From: Actinomycetota bacterium
Lineage (GTDB): Bacteria > Actinomycetota > UBA4738 > HRBIN12
Assembly (NCBI GenBank): GCA_021325015.1
Contig: JAJPHY010000113.1
Span: 1 to 47,180, forward strand
DNA length: 47,180 bases
Direction of reading: 5' to 3'
This document shows positions 19,288 through 28,899 of this stretch, piece by piece (the stretch's first letter is position 1; every line of letters starts with the position of its first letter). The notes below the pieces were generated by a model, which was not told the DNA's origin, made no database searches, and was given only the letters and a program-made list of their open reading frames with translations. Both the position numbers and the translations under genes were made by a program.

Positions 19288-20529
19288 ATGGTCAAGGACC
19301 TGTACGAGATCGGAGAGATCCCGCCGCTGGGCGAGGTTCCGGCGCGCATGCACGCCCAGCTCGTCCGTCCGGACCGCTTCGGCGAGCCGGAGTCCGCGAT
19401 CCGCGACGAGGTGATCGACGTCCCCGAGATCGGGCCCCACGAGGCGCTCGTTCTGGTGATGGCGGCCGGCGTGAACTTCAACAACGTCTGGGCCGCCCGG
19501 GGGGTTCCCGTCGACGTCACCCGCACCCAGGCCAGGTGGGGGGAGCCGACCGAGTGCCACATCGTGGGCTCCGACGCGTCCGGGATCGTGTGGGCCGTGG
19601 GGTCCGAGGTGACGAACGTGAAGGTCGGCGACGAGGTCGTCGTCCACGCCGGCCAATGGGACCGGGACGACCCGTGGGTCCTGGCGGGCGGCGACCCGGG
19701 CCTCGCGCCGAGCTTCCGCGTCTGGGGCTACGACACGTGCTGGGGCTCGTTCGCCCAGTTCTGCAAGGTCCAGGCCCACCAGTGCCTGCCGAAGGCCGAG
19801 CACCTCACCTGGGAGGAGGCGGCCGCCCCCACGCTCACCGGCGCCACCGCCTACCGCATGCTCCACGGCTGGCCCCCCAACACCGTGAAGGAGGGGGACG
19901 TGGTGCTGGTCTGGGGGGCCGCGGGGGGTCTTGGGTCCCTCGCCGTCCAGCTCGTGACCCTCGCCGGCGGTAAGGCCGTCGCGGTCGTGAGCTCGGACGA
20001 CAAGGGCGAGTACGCGAAGCGACTGGGAGCCGCGGGCTACGTGAACCGGCGGAGCTTCTCGCACTGGGGCATCCCGCCGCGGTGGAACTCGCCGGAGTGG
20101 AAGGACTGGCTGGAGGGCGCGAAGGCCTTCGGCAAGGCGATCTGGGACGCGCTCGGCGAGCGCCGGAACCCGAACATCGTGTTCGAGCACCCGGGGCAGG
20201 ACACGATCCCGACCTCGATCTTCGTGTGCGAGCGGGGCGGCATGGTCGTGATCTGCGCCGGCACGAGCGGGTACGACACCATGGTGGACGTGCGCTACCT
20301 CTGGTACCTCCAGAAGCGCTACCAGGGCTCGCACCTGTTCAACGACGAGCAGGCGGCCGCCTTCAACGATCTGGTTCGCGAGGGCAAGGTTCAGACCACG
20401 CTCGGCCACACCTACCGCTACGAGGAGACCGGGCGCGTCCACCAGCTCATGGGCGAGGGCGGACTTCCCGAGGGCAACGTCGCCGTGCTCGTGAGCGCCC
20501 CGTCCCCGGGGCTGCGGACCCTGGGCTAG
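19288..20529 (+). CDS. ccr: Crotonyl-CoA carboxylase/reductase
   Basis: [44 protein letters not shown]. Confidence 0.9.
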   Translation: MVKDLYEIGEIPPLGEVPARMHAQLVRPDRFGEPESAIRDEVIDVPEIGPHEALVLVMAAGVNFNNVWAARGVPVDVTRTQARWGEPTECHIVGSDASGIVWAVGSEVTNVKVGDEVVVHAGQWDRDDPWVLAGGDPGLAPSFRVWGYDTCWGSFAQFCKVQAHQCLPKAEHLTWEEAAAPTLTGATAYRMLHGWPPNTVKEGDVVLVWGAAGGLGSLAVQLVTLAGGKAVAVVSSDDKGEYAKRLGAAGYVNRRSFSHWGIPPRWNSPEWKDWLEGAKAFGKAIWDALGERRNPNIVFEHPGQDTIPTSIFVCERGGMVVICAGTSGYDTMVDVRYLWYLQKRYQGSHLFNDEQAAAFNDLVREGKVQTTLGHTYRYEETGRVHQLMGEGGLPEGNVAVLVSAPSPGLRTLG

Positions 20530-20951
20530 GAAGCGCCGTCCGCGCCGCCGGACGGTGCCTCGACGAGCTCGACGAGCACGCCCCCCGTGCCGCGGGGATG
20601 GACGAAGGCGATCCTGGTTCCGCGCGAGCCGGGGCGGGGCTCCTCGTCGATCAGCGGGACACCGCCCTCGCGCAGGCGCTCGAGCGCGCCGGCAAGATCC
20701 TCGACGCGGTAGGCGACGTGATGGAGGCCCGGACCGCGGCGCTCGAGGAACCGCCCGACCGGGGTGTCGGGCCCCAGCGCGCCCAGGAGCTGGACGTAGG
20801 CGTCGCCCACGGCGAACAGCACCTCCTCGACGCCCTGCGACTCCACGACCTCTCGATGCGCGGGCTCGAGGCCGAGCACCCGGCGATGGTGCTCGACGGC
20901 CGCCTCGAGGTCGGCGACCGCGATCCCGACGTGGTCGATCGCGGTGAACAC
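20526..20951 (-). CDS. mce: Methylmalonyl/ethylmalonyl-CoA epimerase
   Basis: [43 protein letters not shown]. Confidence 0.9.
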   Translation of the reverse strand: MFTAIDHVGIAVADLEAAVEHHRRVLGLEPAHREVVESQGVEEVLFAVGDAYVQLLGALGPDTPVGRFLERRGPGLHHVAYRVEDLAGALERLREGGVPLIDEEPRPGSRGTRIAFVHPRGTGGVLVELVEAPSGGADGAS

Positions 20952-20953
20952 GG

Positions 20954-21340
20954 TCAGGCGCCGCGACGGCGTCGCGGCGCCGGTCCCGGCCGCAGGCGCT
21001 CCATCAGGCGCATGGCCTGGGTGACGTGGTACGCGGGTGTGCCCAGGGCGTGCACGACGGCGGCCACGCCGAGGGCCCGCAGGTCCTCCTCGGGCTTGGC
21101 GTCGGCTCCGCGCGGGGCGCGGAGCGTGTAGAACTCCACGAGCTCGAGGAACTGCGCGAGGGAGGGCACGAGCCCGCCGCGCTCGTACGCGTAGATCGTC
21201 TGCGCGGCGGCCGGACACCCGGGCAGCGAGGCGGCGTCGTGGACGGCGCGCAGCCCCGCCGCCCGCCGCAACCCGCGGAGCAGCGCGCCGATCTGCCGGG
21301 CTTCCTCCGGCGGAACCGGGGGTTGCTTCTTGCGCGCCAC
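20954..21340 (-). CDS. XRE-like helix-turn-helix protein
   Basis: IGALLRGLRRAAG...AQTIYAYERGGLVPSL; ends 3 nt before the mce start. Confidence 0.7.
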   Translation of the reverse strand: MARKKQPPVPPEEARQIGALLRGLRRAAGLRAVHDAASLPGCPAAAQTIYAYERGGLVPSLAQFLELVEFYTLRAPRGADAKPEEDLRALGVAAVVHALGTPAYHVTQAMRLMERLRPGPAPRRRRGA

Positions 21341-21413
21341 CAGCGTCCTTTCTCGTCCGGGCTCCAGCAGGGTAGCGGGTCCGGCCCCGGCGCGGCACGC
21401 CGTCCGAAGCCCC

Positions 21414-21489
21414 GACGCCCGGTAGGCCGAAGGTCGCATGGCACGCCCGGGGAGACGCCCGGTAGGATGGCACGTCGGCGACGCCCGGT
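21414..21489. repeat. Three direct repeats GACGCCCGGT in the divergent HTH/FtsH-like intergenic region
   Basis: Copies at 21414, 21454 (both extend to GACGCCCGGTAGG) and 21480; ATGGCACG also at 21438 and 21467. Confidence 0.6.
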
Positions 21490-21519
21490 CGTCGACGGCG
21501 AGGCGGGCGCGGGGTTCCG

Positions 21520-23334
21520 GTGACGCAGAGCAACCGATCGACGGCGGCGACCTTCCAGGGGTCGGAGATCCTGCGCACGGGGACGGCCGACGTCGTTCGG
21601 ATTCGGGAGCGCGCGAGGCGGCGCCGGCTGTGGCGTCTGGTGCTGACGTTCCTCGCCGTCGACGGATATCTCTGGTACCGGTACCTCACGCGCAACCCGA
21701 TCACCCCGCCGCGTCTCGGGCCGGACTGGGTGATCTGGCTCCCGGTGATCCTGCTGATCGTCGCGATCTTCCTGATGATGCTGATGCCGCTGTTCAGCGG
21801 CCGCTCGCCCCACGTGCTCGTCCAGCCGGAGGAGATCGAGGTGGGGCTCGACCGGGTGCGCGGTCTCGACCCGCAGGTGGAGGAGGTCGCGCGAACCCTC
21901 GACGTGTTCCTCGGCTACGCGACGTTCCGAAACGAGCTCGGAGGCAACCCCCGGCGGGGCATTCTGTTCGAGGGCCCGCCGGGGACCGGCAAGACCTACC
22001 TCGCGAAGGCCATGGCGAAGCAGGCCGGTGTGCCGTTCCTGTTCATCTCGGCGCCGGCCTTCCAGTCGATGTGGTTCGGAATGACCGGCGCCCGGATCCG
22101 CTCGTTCTTCAAGACGCTCCGAAAGCTCGCGCGCAAGGAGGGAGGCGCGATCGGCTTCATCGAGGAGATCGACGCGATCGGCGCCGACCGCGGGTCGCTC
22201 GGGGCGTCGGCGGACGCCACGGGTCTGGGCCGCACGACCTCGGCCATGCTCGGCCCCGGCGGGTCGGGCATGGTGAACGAGCTCCTGATCCAGCTCCAGT
22301 CCTTCGACCAGCCGAGGTTCTCCGAGCGCGTGCGGGCCCGCCTCGTCGAGTGGGTCAACAGCTACCTGCCGCCGGGCCGGCGCGTGTTCGGCGCCAAGCC
22401 CCGCTACAACAACATCCTGCTGATCGCGGCCACCAACCGCGCCGACAACCTCGACCCCGCGCTCCTTCGCCCGGGCCGGTTCGACCGGCGCCTGTATTTC
22501 GACCTGCCGACCAAGCAAGGCCGGCGCGACCTCATCGACTTCTTCCTGGAGCGCAAGGCGCACCACCCGCAACTGGACGAGGAGGACGTCCGCGAGCGCC
22601 TGGCGCACGACACGTTCGGCTACACGCCGGTGATGATCGAGCACCTGTTCGACGAGGCGCTCCTGGTAGCGCTTCGGCGGGGCCGCCGCGAGATGAACCT
22701 CGACGACGTGTACGAGGCCAAGCTGACCGAGGAGATCGGAATCAAGCAGCCGGTCACGTACACGGAGGGCGAGCGGGTCTCGGTGGCCACGCACGAGGCC
22801 GGCCACGCGACCGTCGCGTACCTGCGGGGGAAGGGGCGCCGGCTCGAGGTGCTCTCGATCATCAAGCGCCGGGAGTCGCTCGGCCTGCTCGCCCACGGTG
22901 ACGAGGAGGAGCGGTTCACCAGGTCGCGCTCCGAGATCGAGTCGCACGTGGCGATCGCGCTCGGCGGCATGGCGGCCGAGGAGCTGTTCCTCGGCGAGTC
23001 CGGGACCGGCCCCGCCTCCGACCTCGCAACGGCCACGCAGCTCGCGGCCCAGATGGTCGGGGCCTTCGGCATGGCCGGCTCCCTGGTCTCGTACGAGGCC
23101 ATCGCGGAGGGCCCGATCGGCTCGCGGAACCTCGTCGGCAAGGTGCTCGCCGACGCCGACGGCAAGCGCCGAGTGGAGGACATCCTCCTCGAGCAGAAGC
23201 AGCAGGTCCTCGCGCTCCTGGACGACAACCGCGACGTGGTGATGGCGCTCCGCGACGCGCTGATCGAGCGCGACGAGCTCGTCGGCGACGAGATCCTCCG
23301 AGTGATCGAGGGGGCGCTCGCCGCCAGAGGCTGA
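21520..23334 (+). CDS. FtsH-like AAA ATPase/M41 peptidase
   Basis: N-terminal TM segments; GPPGTGKT; Walker B FIEEID; ATNRADNLDPALLRPGRFDR; HEAGH; ASDL. Confidence 0.85.
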   Translation: MTQSNRSTAATFQGSEILRTGTADVVRIRERARRRRLWRLVLTFLAVDGYLWYRYLTRNPITPPRLGPDWVIWLPVILLIVAIFLMMLMPLFSGRSPHVLVQPEEIEVGLDRVRGLDPQVEEVARTLDVFLGYATFRNELGGNPRRGILFEGPPGTGKTYLAKAMAKQAGVPFLFISAPAFQSMWFGMTGARIRSFFKTLRKLARKEGGAIGFIEEIDAIGADRGSLGASADATGLGRTTSAMLGPGGSGMVNELLIQLQSFDQPRFSERVRARLVEWVNSYLPPGRRVFGAKPRYNNILLIAATNRADNLDPALLRPGRFDRRLYFDLPTKQGRRDLIDFFLERKAHHPQLDEEDVRERLAHDTFGYTPVMIEHLFDEALLVALRRGRREMNLDDVYEAKLTEEIGIKQPVTYTEGERVSVATHEAGHATVAYLRGKGRRLEVLSIIKRRESLGLLAHGDEEERFTRSRSEIESHVAIALGGMAAEELFLGESGTGPASDLATATQLAAQMVGAFGMAGSLVSYEAIAEGPIGSRNLVGKVLADADGKRRVEDILLEQKQQVLALLDDNRDVVMALRDALIERDELVGDEILRVIEGALAARG

Positions 23335-23386
23335 ACCTCGCGGGCCGGGCGCCCGGCTCGCGAAGGCGGTCGTAGACTCCGCAAGC

Positions 23387-23929
23387 GTGGATCCCGCCGA
23401 GGAGCTCGTCGACGTCGTCGACGAGGAGGGTCGAGTCGTCCGCACCGTGTCCAGGCGGGAGATGCGGGCCGAAGGCCTGCGGCACCGGTGCACCTACACG
23501 ATCGTGCGCAACTCCCGCGGCGAGATCTACGTGCACCGGCGCACCGAGACCAAGGACGTGTACCCGGGCCTGTACGACGCGACCGCCGGCGGCGTGTGCG
23601 CGAGCGGCGAGACCTTCGACGAGGGCGCCGCGCGGGAGCTCGAGGAGGAGCTCGGCATCTCGGGCGTGCCGCTGCGCTTCTGCTTCGAGCATCGCTACGA
23701 CGGTCCCGGGGGTCGCGTCCTCGGTGCGGTCTACGAGGTGGTGTGGGACGGACCCATCCGGCACCAGGCGAGCGAGATCGCGTGGGGGGCCTTCGTCCCG
23801 CTCGATCGCCTGCGATCGATGATGGACGAGCGGCCCTTCTGCCCGGACGGCCGCGAGGTGGTCGAGCGGTGGCTCCGCGAGCGCGGCGACGAGCCCAACC
23901 GCGAGACCCCGGTACACTTTCCCGCATGA
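23387..23929 (+). CDS. NUDIX hydrolase (YfcD/Idi-like)
   Basis: Nudix box GGVCASGETFDEGAARELEEELGI; TAGACT -10 upstream. Confidence 0.88.
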   Translation: MDPAEELVDVVDEEGRVVRTVSRREMRAEGLRHRCTYTIVRNSRGEIYVHRRTETKDVYPGLYDATAGGVCASGETFDEGAARELEEELGISGVPLRFCFEHRYDGPGGRVLGAVYEVVWDGPIRHQASEIAWGAFVPLDRLRSMMDERPFCPDGREVVERWLRERGDEPNRETPVHFPA

Positions 23930-25110
23930 CCTCGTCGGTCCTGGTGGCGGGGGCCCGGACGCCGATCGGCAAGCTCGCCGGCGCGCTCGCCGACCTGACC
24001 GCGGTCGAGCTCGGCTCGGTCGCGATCCGCGAGGCGCTCCGCCGCTCCGGCGTCCCGCCGGAGCGGGTCGACTACGTCATCATGGGGCACGTGCTCCGCG
24101 CGGGCACCGGTCAGATCACCGCGCGGCAGGCGGCCGTCGCCGCCGGGATCCCCAAGGAGGTGCCGGCTCTCACCATCGACAAGGTCTGCCTGTCGGGGAT
24201 CGATGCGATCGCGCTCGCCGACCAGCTCATCCGGGCCGGCGAGGTCGACGTCGTGGTGGCCGGGGGGCTGGAGTCGATGACCCGGGCTCCGTTCCTGGTC
24301 GAGAAGGCCCGGCGCGGCGTGCGACTTGGGGACACCGAGCTCGTCGACGCCATGGTGCGCGACGGGCTGTGGTCGACCTTCACCAAGGAGGTCATGGGCG
24401 AGTCCTCCGACCGCGTGAACGCCGAGCTCGGCATCACGCGCGCCGAGCAGGACGCCTGGGCCGCGCGGAGCCACCGGCGCGCGCACGCCGCCTGGGAGTC
24501 GGGGGCGCTGGCGGAGGAGGTCGTCCCGGTCGAGGTCCCCCGGCGGACGGGCGGGCCGGTGGTCGTGTCCCGGGACGAGGGGATCCGGCCCGACACGACG
24601 GAGGAGGTCCTCGCGGCCCTGCCGCCGGCGTTCACCGAGGGCGGCACGATCACCGCCGGCAACGCGGCGCAGATCTCCGACGGCGCGGCGGCGGTGGTGG
24701 TCGCGCGCTCCGAGGTCGCGCGCGAGCTCGGCCTCGCGCCGCTCGCCGAGATCGTCGCGCACGGCATGTCGGCCGGTCCGTTCGCCCACCTGCACACGGT
24801 TCCCGCCCTTGCGTTGCAGGCCGCGCTCAAGAAGGCGGGTCTCGACGTCCACGACCTCGGCCTCGTCGAGGTGAACGAGGCCTTCGCCGCAGTCTCGCTG
24901 AACGTGACCCGGATGCTCGGCGTGGACGAGGCGATCGTGAACGTGAACGGCGGCGCCGTGTCGCTCGGGCACCCGATCGGGATGAGCGGCGCGCGGATCG
25001 TGCTCACGCTCGCCATGGAGATGCGCCGCCGGGGCGTGGAGCTCGGCGGGGCCGCGATCTGCGGCGGGGGCGGCCAGGGCGACGCGCTGGTGATCCGCCT
25101 CGCCGACTAG
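23926..25110 (+). CDS. Acetyl-CoA C-acetyltransferase (canonical thiolase)
   Basis: ATGA overlap; KVCLSG, NEAF, GHPIG, ICGGGGQG (all catalytic motifs intact). Confidence 0.93.
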   Translation: MTSSVLVAGARTPIGKLAGALADLTAVELGSVAIREALRRSGVPPERVDYVIMGHVLRAGTGQITARQAAVAAGIPKEVPALTIDKVCLSGIDAIALADQLIRAGEVDVVVAGGLESMTRAPFLVEKARRGVRLGDTELVDAMVRDGLWSTFTKEVMGESSDRVNAELGITRAEQDAWAARSHRRAHAAWESGALAEEVVPVEVPRRTGGPVVVSRDEGIRPDTTEEVLAALPPAFTEGGTITAGNAAQISDGAAAVVVARSEVARELGLAPLAEIVAHGMSAGPFAHLHTVPALALQAALKKAGLDVHDLGLVEVNEAFAAVSLNVTRMLGVDEAIVNVNGGAVSLGHPIGMSGARIVLTLAMEMRRRGVELGGAAICGGGGQGDALVIRLAD

Positions 25111-25124
25111 TCTGGGATGGACTA

Positions 25125-26300
25125 GTGCCGGCCGATCCCGAGCGCTTCGAGCTTCCCGAGGAGCTCCGGGAGTTCCGGACGCTCGTCCGGAAGATCGCGG
25201 AGGAGCGCATCGCCCCCAGGGCGGCCGAGATCGACGAGACCGACGAGTGGCCCGAGGACGTCTACAAGGTGCTCGTCGAGAACGAGCTCATGAGCGTGGG
25301 CTACCCCGAGGAGCACGGCGGCTCCGGTGGAGGCTCGCTCGCGTTCGGGGTGCTGATCGAGGAGCTCTCTCGCGTGTCGGCCGGCGTCTCGCTCACCCCG
25401 CTCGTCGCCAAGCTCGGCGTGATCCCGCTCGCCGTGGCGGGGGACACGGCCAAGGAGGCCGAGATGACCCGCGGGATCTGTCGCGGCGAGCTCCTCATGT
25501 CGTACGCGCTCACCGAGCCCGGCGCCGGCTCGGACCCCGCCTCGATGACCACGCGGTGGCGGCGCGACGGCGACGAGATCGTCCTGTCCGGGACCAAGCG
25601 CTTCATCACCGGCGCCGGCGTCTCGCACGCGTACGTCGTCTTCGCGACCAGCGACCCGGAGCTGCGGGCCAAGGGGGTCTCCGCGTTCCTCGTCATGCGG
25701 GACGACCCCGGCGTCTCCTTCGGCCGCAAGGAGGAGAAGATGGGGATCCGCGGATCGCCGACGCGCGAGGTGATCCTCGACGACGCGCGGATCCCCGCCG
25801 ACCGCCTGATCGGGGAGGAGGGGGCGGGGTTCCGGTACGCGATGCGAACGCTCGACTACTCGCGCCCGGCGATCGCCGCGCAGGCGCTCGGCATCGCGCA
25901 GGGGGCGTTCGACGTGGCGTCCCGGTACGCGACGGAGCGCCGGCAGTTCGGGCGGCCGATCGCGGAGTTCGAGGGCATCCAGTTCATGCTCGCGGACATG
26001 GCGATGAAGCTCGAGGCCGCCCGCCTGCTCGTGTACCGCGCGCTCGCGCTCTGCGACGCCGGCGATCCCCGGATGACGTACACGTCGGCCGTCGCCAAGT
26101 GCTTCGCGTCGGACGCGGCGATGGCGATCACCACGGACGCCGTCCAGGTCCTGGGGGGCTACGGGTACATGCGCGAGTATCCGGTCGAGCGCATGATGCG
26201 CGACGCCAAGATCACGCAGATCTACGAGGGCACGAACCAGATCCAGCGCGTGGTGATCGCGCGGGAGATCCTGCGCGGCATCCAGGCGTCGGCCGGCTGA
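25125..26300 (+). CDS. Acyl-CoA dehydrogenase (short-chain type)
   Basis: YALTEPGAGSD, GTKRFIT, KMGIRGSPT, QVLGGYGY, QIYEGTNQIQR. Confidence 0.93.
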   Translation: MPADPERFELPEELREFRTLVRKIAEERIAPRAAEIDETDEWPEDVYKVLVENELMSVGYPEEHGGSGGGSLAFGVLIEELSRVSAGVSLTPLVAKLGVIPLAVAGDTAKEAEMTRGICRGELLMSYALTEPGAGSDPASMTTRWRRDGDEIVLSGTKRFITGAGVSHAYVVFATSDPELRAKGVSAFLVMRDDPGVSFGRKEEKMGIRGSPTREVILDDARIPADRLIGEEGAGFRYAMRTLDYSRPAIAAQALGIAQGAFDVASRYATERRQFGRPIAEFEGIQFMLADMAMKLEAARLLVYRALALCDAGDPRMTYTSAVAKCFASDAAMAITTDAVQVLGGYGYMREYPVERMMRDAKITQIYEGTNQIQRVVIAREILRGIQASAG

Positions 26301-26325
26301 GGGCCGGCGGTCCGCTCGGTTGTCG

Positions 26326-26360
26326 GCATCCGGCCGGCGCCTCAGGCGCCGGCCGGATGC
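26326..26360. terminator. Perfect 16-bp hairpin between convergent genes (likely bidirectional terminator)
   Basis: GCATCCGGCCGGCGCC-TCA-GGCGCCGGCCGGATGC. Confidence 0.65.
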
Positions 26361-27754
26361 ACCTGGTTCTCGGACTCGGCGGGGGGCCGGGTCCCGGGGA
26401 GGGGCTCGGCGGCCGGCACGATCGGGGGCATCCCGATGATCACGCGCGGCCCGCGGTCGCCGGTCTCGACCACGACCTCTTCGTCATCGCCCGACTCCGG
26501 CCCCTGCGCCTCGGCGTTCAGCTCTCGAAACGCGGCGAGCCCGCTCGCCCGGGTCCGGAACCGGAACTCCTCGACCTCGGCGCGCGCCTCCCGCAGCTCG
26601 GCCTGGAGGCGCTCGGCCTGCTCGCGCCACTCGCGCGCCTCCGCTTCGTGGCGCGTCGCGCGCTCCTCGGCGGCCTGGAGCCGTCCGGTCAGCTCGTCGA
26701 GCTGGGTGCGTTGCAGGCTGAGGCGCTCCCGCAGGGCGTTCGCGTCGAGCTCGGCGGCCGCGAACCGCTCCCGGAGGGCGGTCTGCTCGCGTTGCTCGGC
26801 CTCGAGCCGCTCGGCCATCTCGCGCACCTGCTCGCGCAGGACCCGGGCGTCGTCCTCGTCCCTGGCGGAGGCCGACGCGCGCTCCTCGGCGCGAGCCTCG
26901 AGCTCCGCGATCTCCTGCAGCGCCTGCCGGTACTGCTCCTGCAGGCCCCAGTAGCTCTGCTCGGCCGCGCGCGCCCGGGCCTCGGCCGCGATCAGCGCCT
27001 CGTCCGGGGAGGAGGTCTCTGCGCCGGAGGCGGGTGCCTGCGTCCGGGGCGCGGGCTCGGGTTCGTTCGAATCGACCGTTGCCGGCTCGGGCGGTCCCGG
27101 GCGGTCGGCCGGCGTGGACCGCTTCCACGGGCGCGGCGGGACGTAGACCACGGGCTCGGACCGGCGCCGCCGGCGAAGGCCGGGCACGAGCGACAGGACC
27201 GAGAGCAGGAACAGGACGGCGAGCGCGACCTGGGGGATGCGCCACCAGCTCGCGCCGGCCTCGACCGGCGCGAGCGGCCGGTCGAGCTCGGCGACCGCGG
27301 TCTGGCCGCCTCCCGCTCCGATCCGGACGAACGTCTGCAGCTCCCCGCCCACGACGCGATGCAGGAGCCCCCCCGAGGACGCCGAGGTCAGGACCTCGCC
27401 CATCGACGGGTCGCGCGTTCCGACCAGAGCCCGGTCCAGGTCGAACAGGACCCGGCCCTGCGCCGACCAGAGCGTCACGCGCTCGATCGGGCCGGGCCCG
27501 GGGATGCGCTCCTGTACGGCTCGCAGGATCTGCGCGTACCGCTGGCCGGCGATCGGCCCGCGGAGGTCCTTCTGGGTGAGCAGGGGCGCGAGGGCCCCCT
27601 CCGCGGTCGCACGGGCGCTCGCGGCGGCGTCGTCGATCAGGCCGCTCCGCGCGATGCCTCCGAGGATGAAGCAGACGCCGACGCCGGTCGCGAGGGCCAC
27701 CGGCAGGCCCACCCGGATCACCCGACGCCGACGGCTCGTGAGCGATGCGAACAT
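26342..27754 (-). CDS. Membrane protein: TM-sensor-like domain-TM, Pro-rich linker, long coiled coil; function unknown
   Basis: GAAGGGGG RBS before ATG 27754; ERVTLWSAQGRVLF (Cache-like pattern); EAR/ELE-rich heptads. Confidence 0.7.
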   Translation of the reverse strand: MFASLTSRRRRVIRVGLPVALATGVGVCFILGGIARSGLIDDAAASARATAEGALAPLLTQKDLRGPIAGQRYAQILRAVQERIPGPGPIERVTLWSAQGRVLFDLDRALVGTRDPSMGEVLTSASSGGLLHRVVGGELQTFVRIGAGGGQTAVAELDRPLAPVEAGASWWRIPQVALAVLFLLSVLSLVPGLRRRRRSEPVVYVPPRPWKRSTPADRPGPPEPATVDSNEPEPAPRTQAPASGAETSSPDEALIAAEARARAAEQSYWGLQEQYRQALQEIAELEARAEERASASARDEDDARVLREQVREMAERLEAEQREQTALRERFAAAELDANALRERLSLQRTQLDELTGRLQAAEERATRHEAEAREWREQAERLQAELREARAEVEEFRFRTRASGLAAFRELNAEAQGPESGDDEEVVVETGDRGPRVIIGMPPIVPAAEPLPGTRPPAESENQVHPAGA

Positions 27755-27945
27755 CTGGCCCCCTTCCGCAACCAAGGCCACGTCCCGGTTATCGGCACCT
27801 CATCACCGGTCGGCGTAGTCCCCCCGAAGGCGGATGGTCCCGGCGGGCTGGCTCCAACTGACTACCGGAGGCGGGGGCGTGCGTTGGTCCTAGGTCCTTG
27901 GGCGGGGTCGCTCCGCGCGTCGTGGGCCGTCGGTAAGCTTCGCCC

Positions 27946-28899
27946 ATGCTCGCGCTTCGGGCGGACCCATGGACGCCGGACCACGGCATGGGGTTCGAGG
28001 CCAGGCTCGAGGAGCCGCCGGGCCGCGCGGAGCCGTTCGTCGAGACCGGGGACTGGTCCAGGCCGCTCGCCCCGACTCCCGCCGAGCCCGCGCCCGTGTG
28101 GTTCATCGACGGGGTGCGCCGCATCGACCAGCGCCTGATCGCGACCGACGGCGACCGTCGCGCCTACGGGCTGTTCGGGACGTTCGCGGTCGGGGCCGTC
28201 CGCTCCGACGGACGGGCGGTCTTCGCCGATGACCGCGTCGAGCGGGCGCTCGTTCTCGGCTCGGGCGCGCAGCACGACCCGGTGACAGTGCGGGTCGGGG
28301 AGGCCGATCTCGTGTACCGCTCGGTGAGCGAGCCCGGGGACGACCCGGACGACCCGCTGCTTCGCCTGCAGAAGCTGATGCAGGCCGGCGAGACCGAGCT
28401 CGCGATCCGCGTCTCCGACCAGGGGGGCGAGCTCGTGCTCGCCGACGGCCGGTGGACGTCGCAGCGGCCGACGGCCGGTCCGGTCGTCGGTGTCGTGAAG
28501 CGCTGGTCGCGCGAGTACCTGGATCCGGAGCTCGAGCGCCTGGTGGCGTCGCTCGGGCCGGGCGAGCGGACGCCGCTGTTCGGCCTCGCCGACCCCGACC
28601 AGCCGGTCGAGCGCTACGCGTGGTACGTGCGGCTCGTGCCGCTCCGCCCGCTCTGGCACGACCGCGCGGGGGTGGTCCGCTGCGAGATCCGAGCTGGGGT
28701 CGGGCTGGATCGAGCCGTCCGGATCGCGGACCGCGTCACGTCGCTGCTGCCCGGTTTCGCCGGCCGGCCGACCGACCCGAGGTACCCGCAGAACCTCACC
28801 CCGATCGCGGGGCTCGAGGGCTGGCTGCAGCACCGGATGGGCCACCGGGCGCTCGTGCGGCGCGCGATCCAGACGTGGTTGACGAGTCGGGGAGGATGA
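27946..28899 (+). CDS. nurA: NurA-family 5'-3' nuclease
   Basis: WFIDGVRRID, VLADG, VGVVK, PQNLTPIAGLE; TAAGCT-6nt-ATG; directly before herA. Confidence 0.8.
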   Translation: MLALRADPWTPDHGMGFEARLEEPPGRAEPFVETGDWSRPLAPTPAEPAPVWFIDGVRRIDQRLIATDGDRRAYGLFGTFAVGAVRSDGRAVFADDRVERALVLGSGAQHDPVTVRVGEADLVYRSVSEPGDDPDDPLLRLQKLMQAGETELAIRVSDQGGELVLADGRWTSQRPTAGPVVGVVKRWSREYLDPELERLVASLGPGERTPLFGLADPDQPVERYAWYVRLVPLRPLWHDRAGVVRCEIRAGVGLDRAVRIADRVTSLLPGFAGRPTDPRYPQNLTPIAGLEGWLQHRMGHRALVRRAIQTWLTSRGG

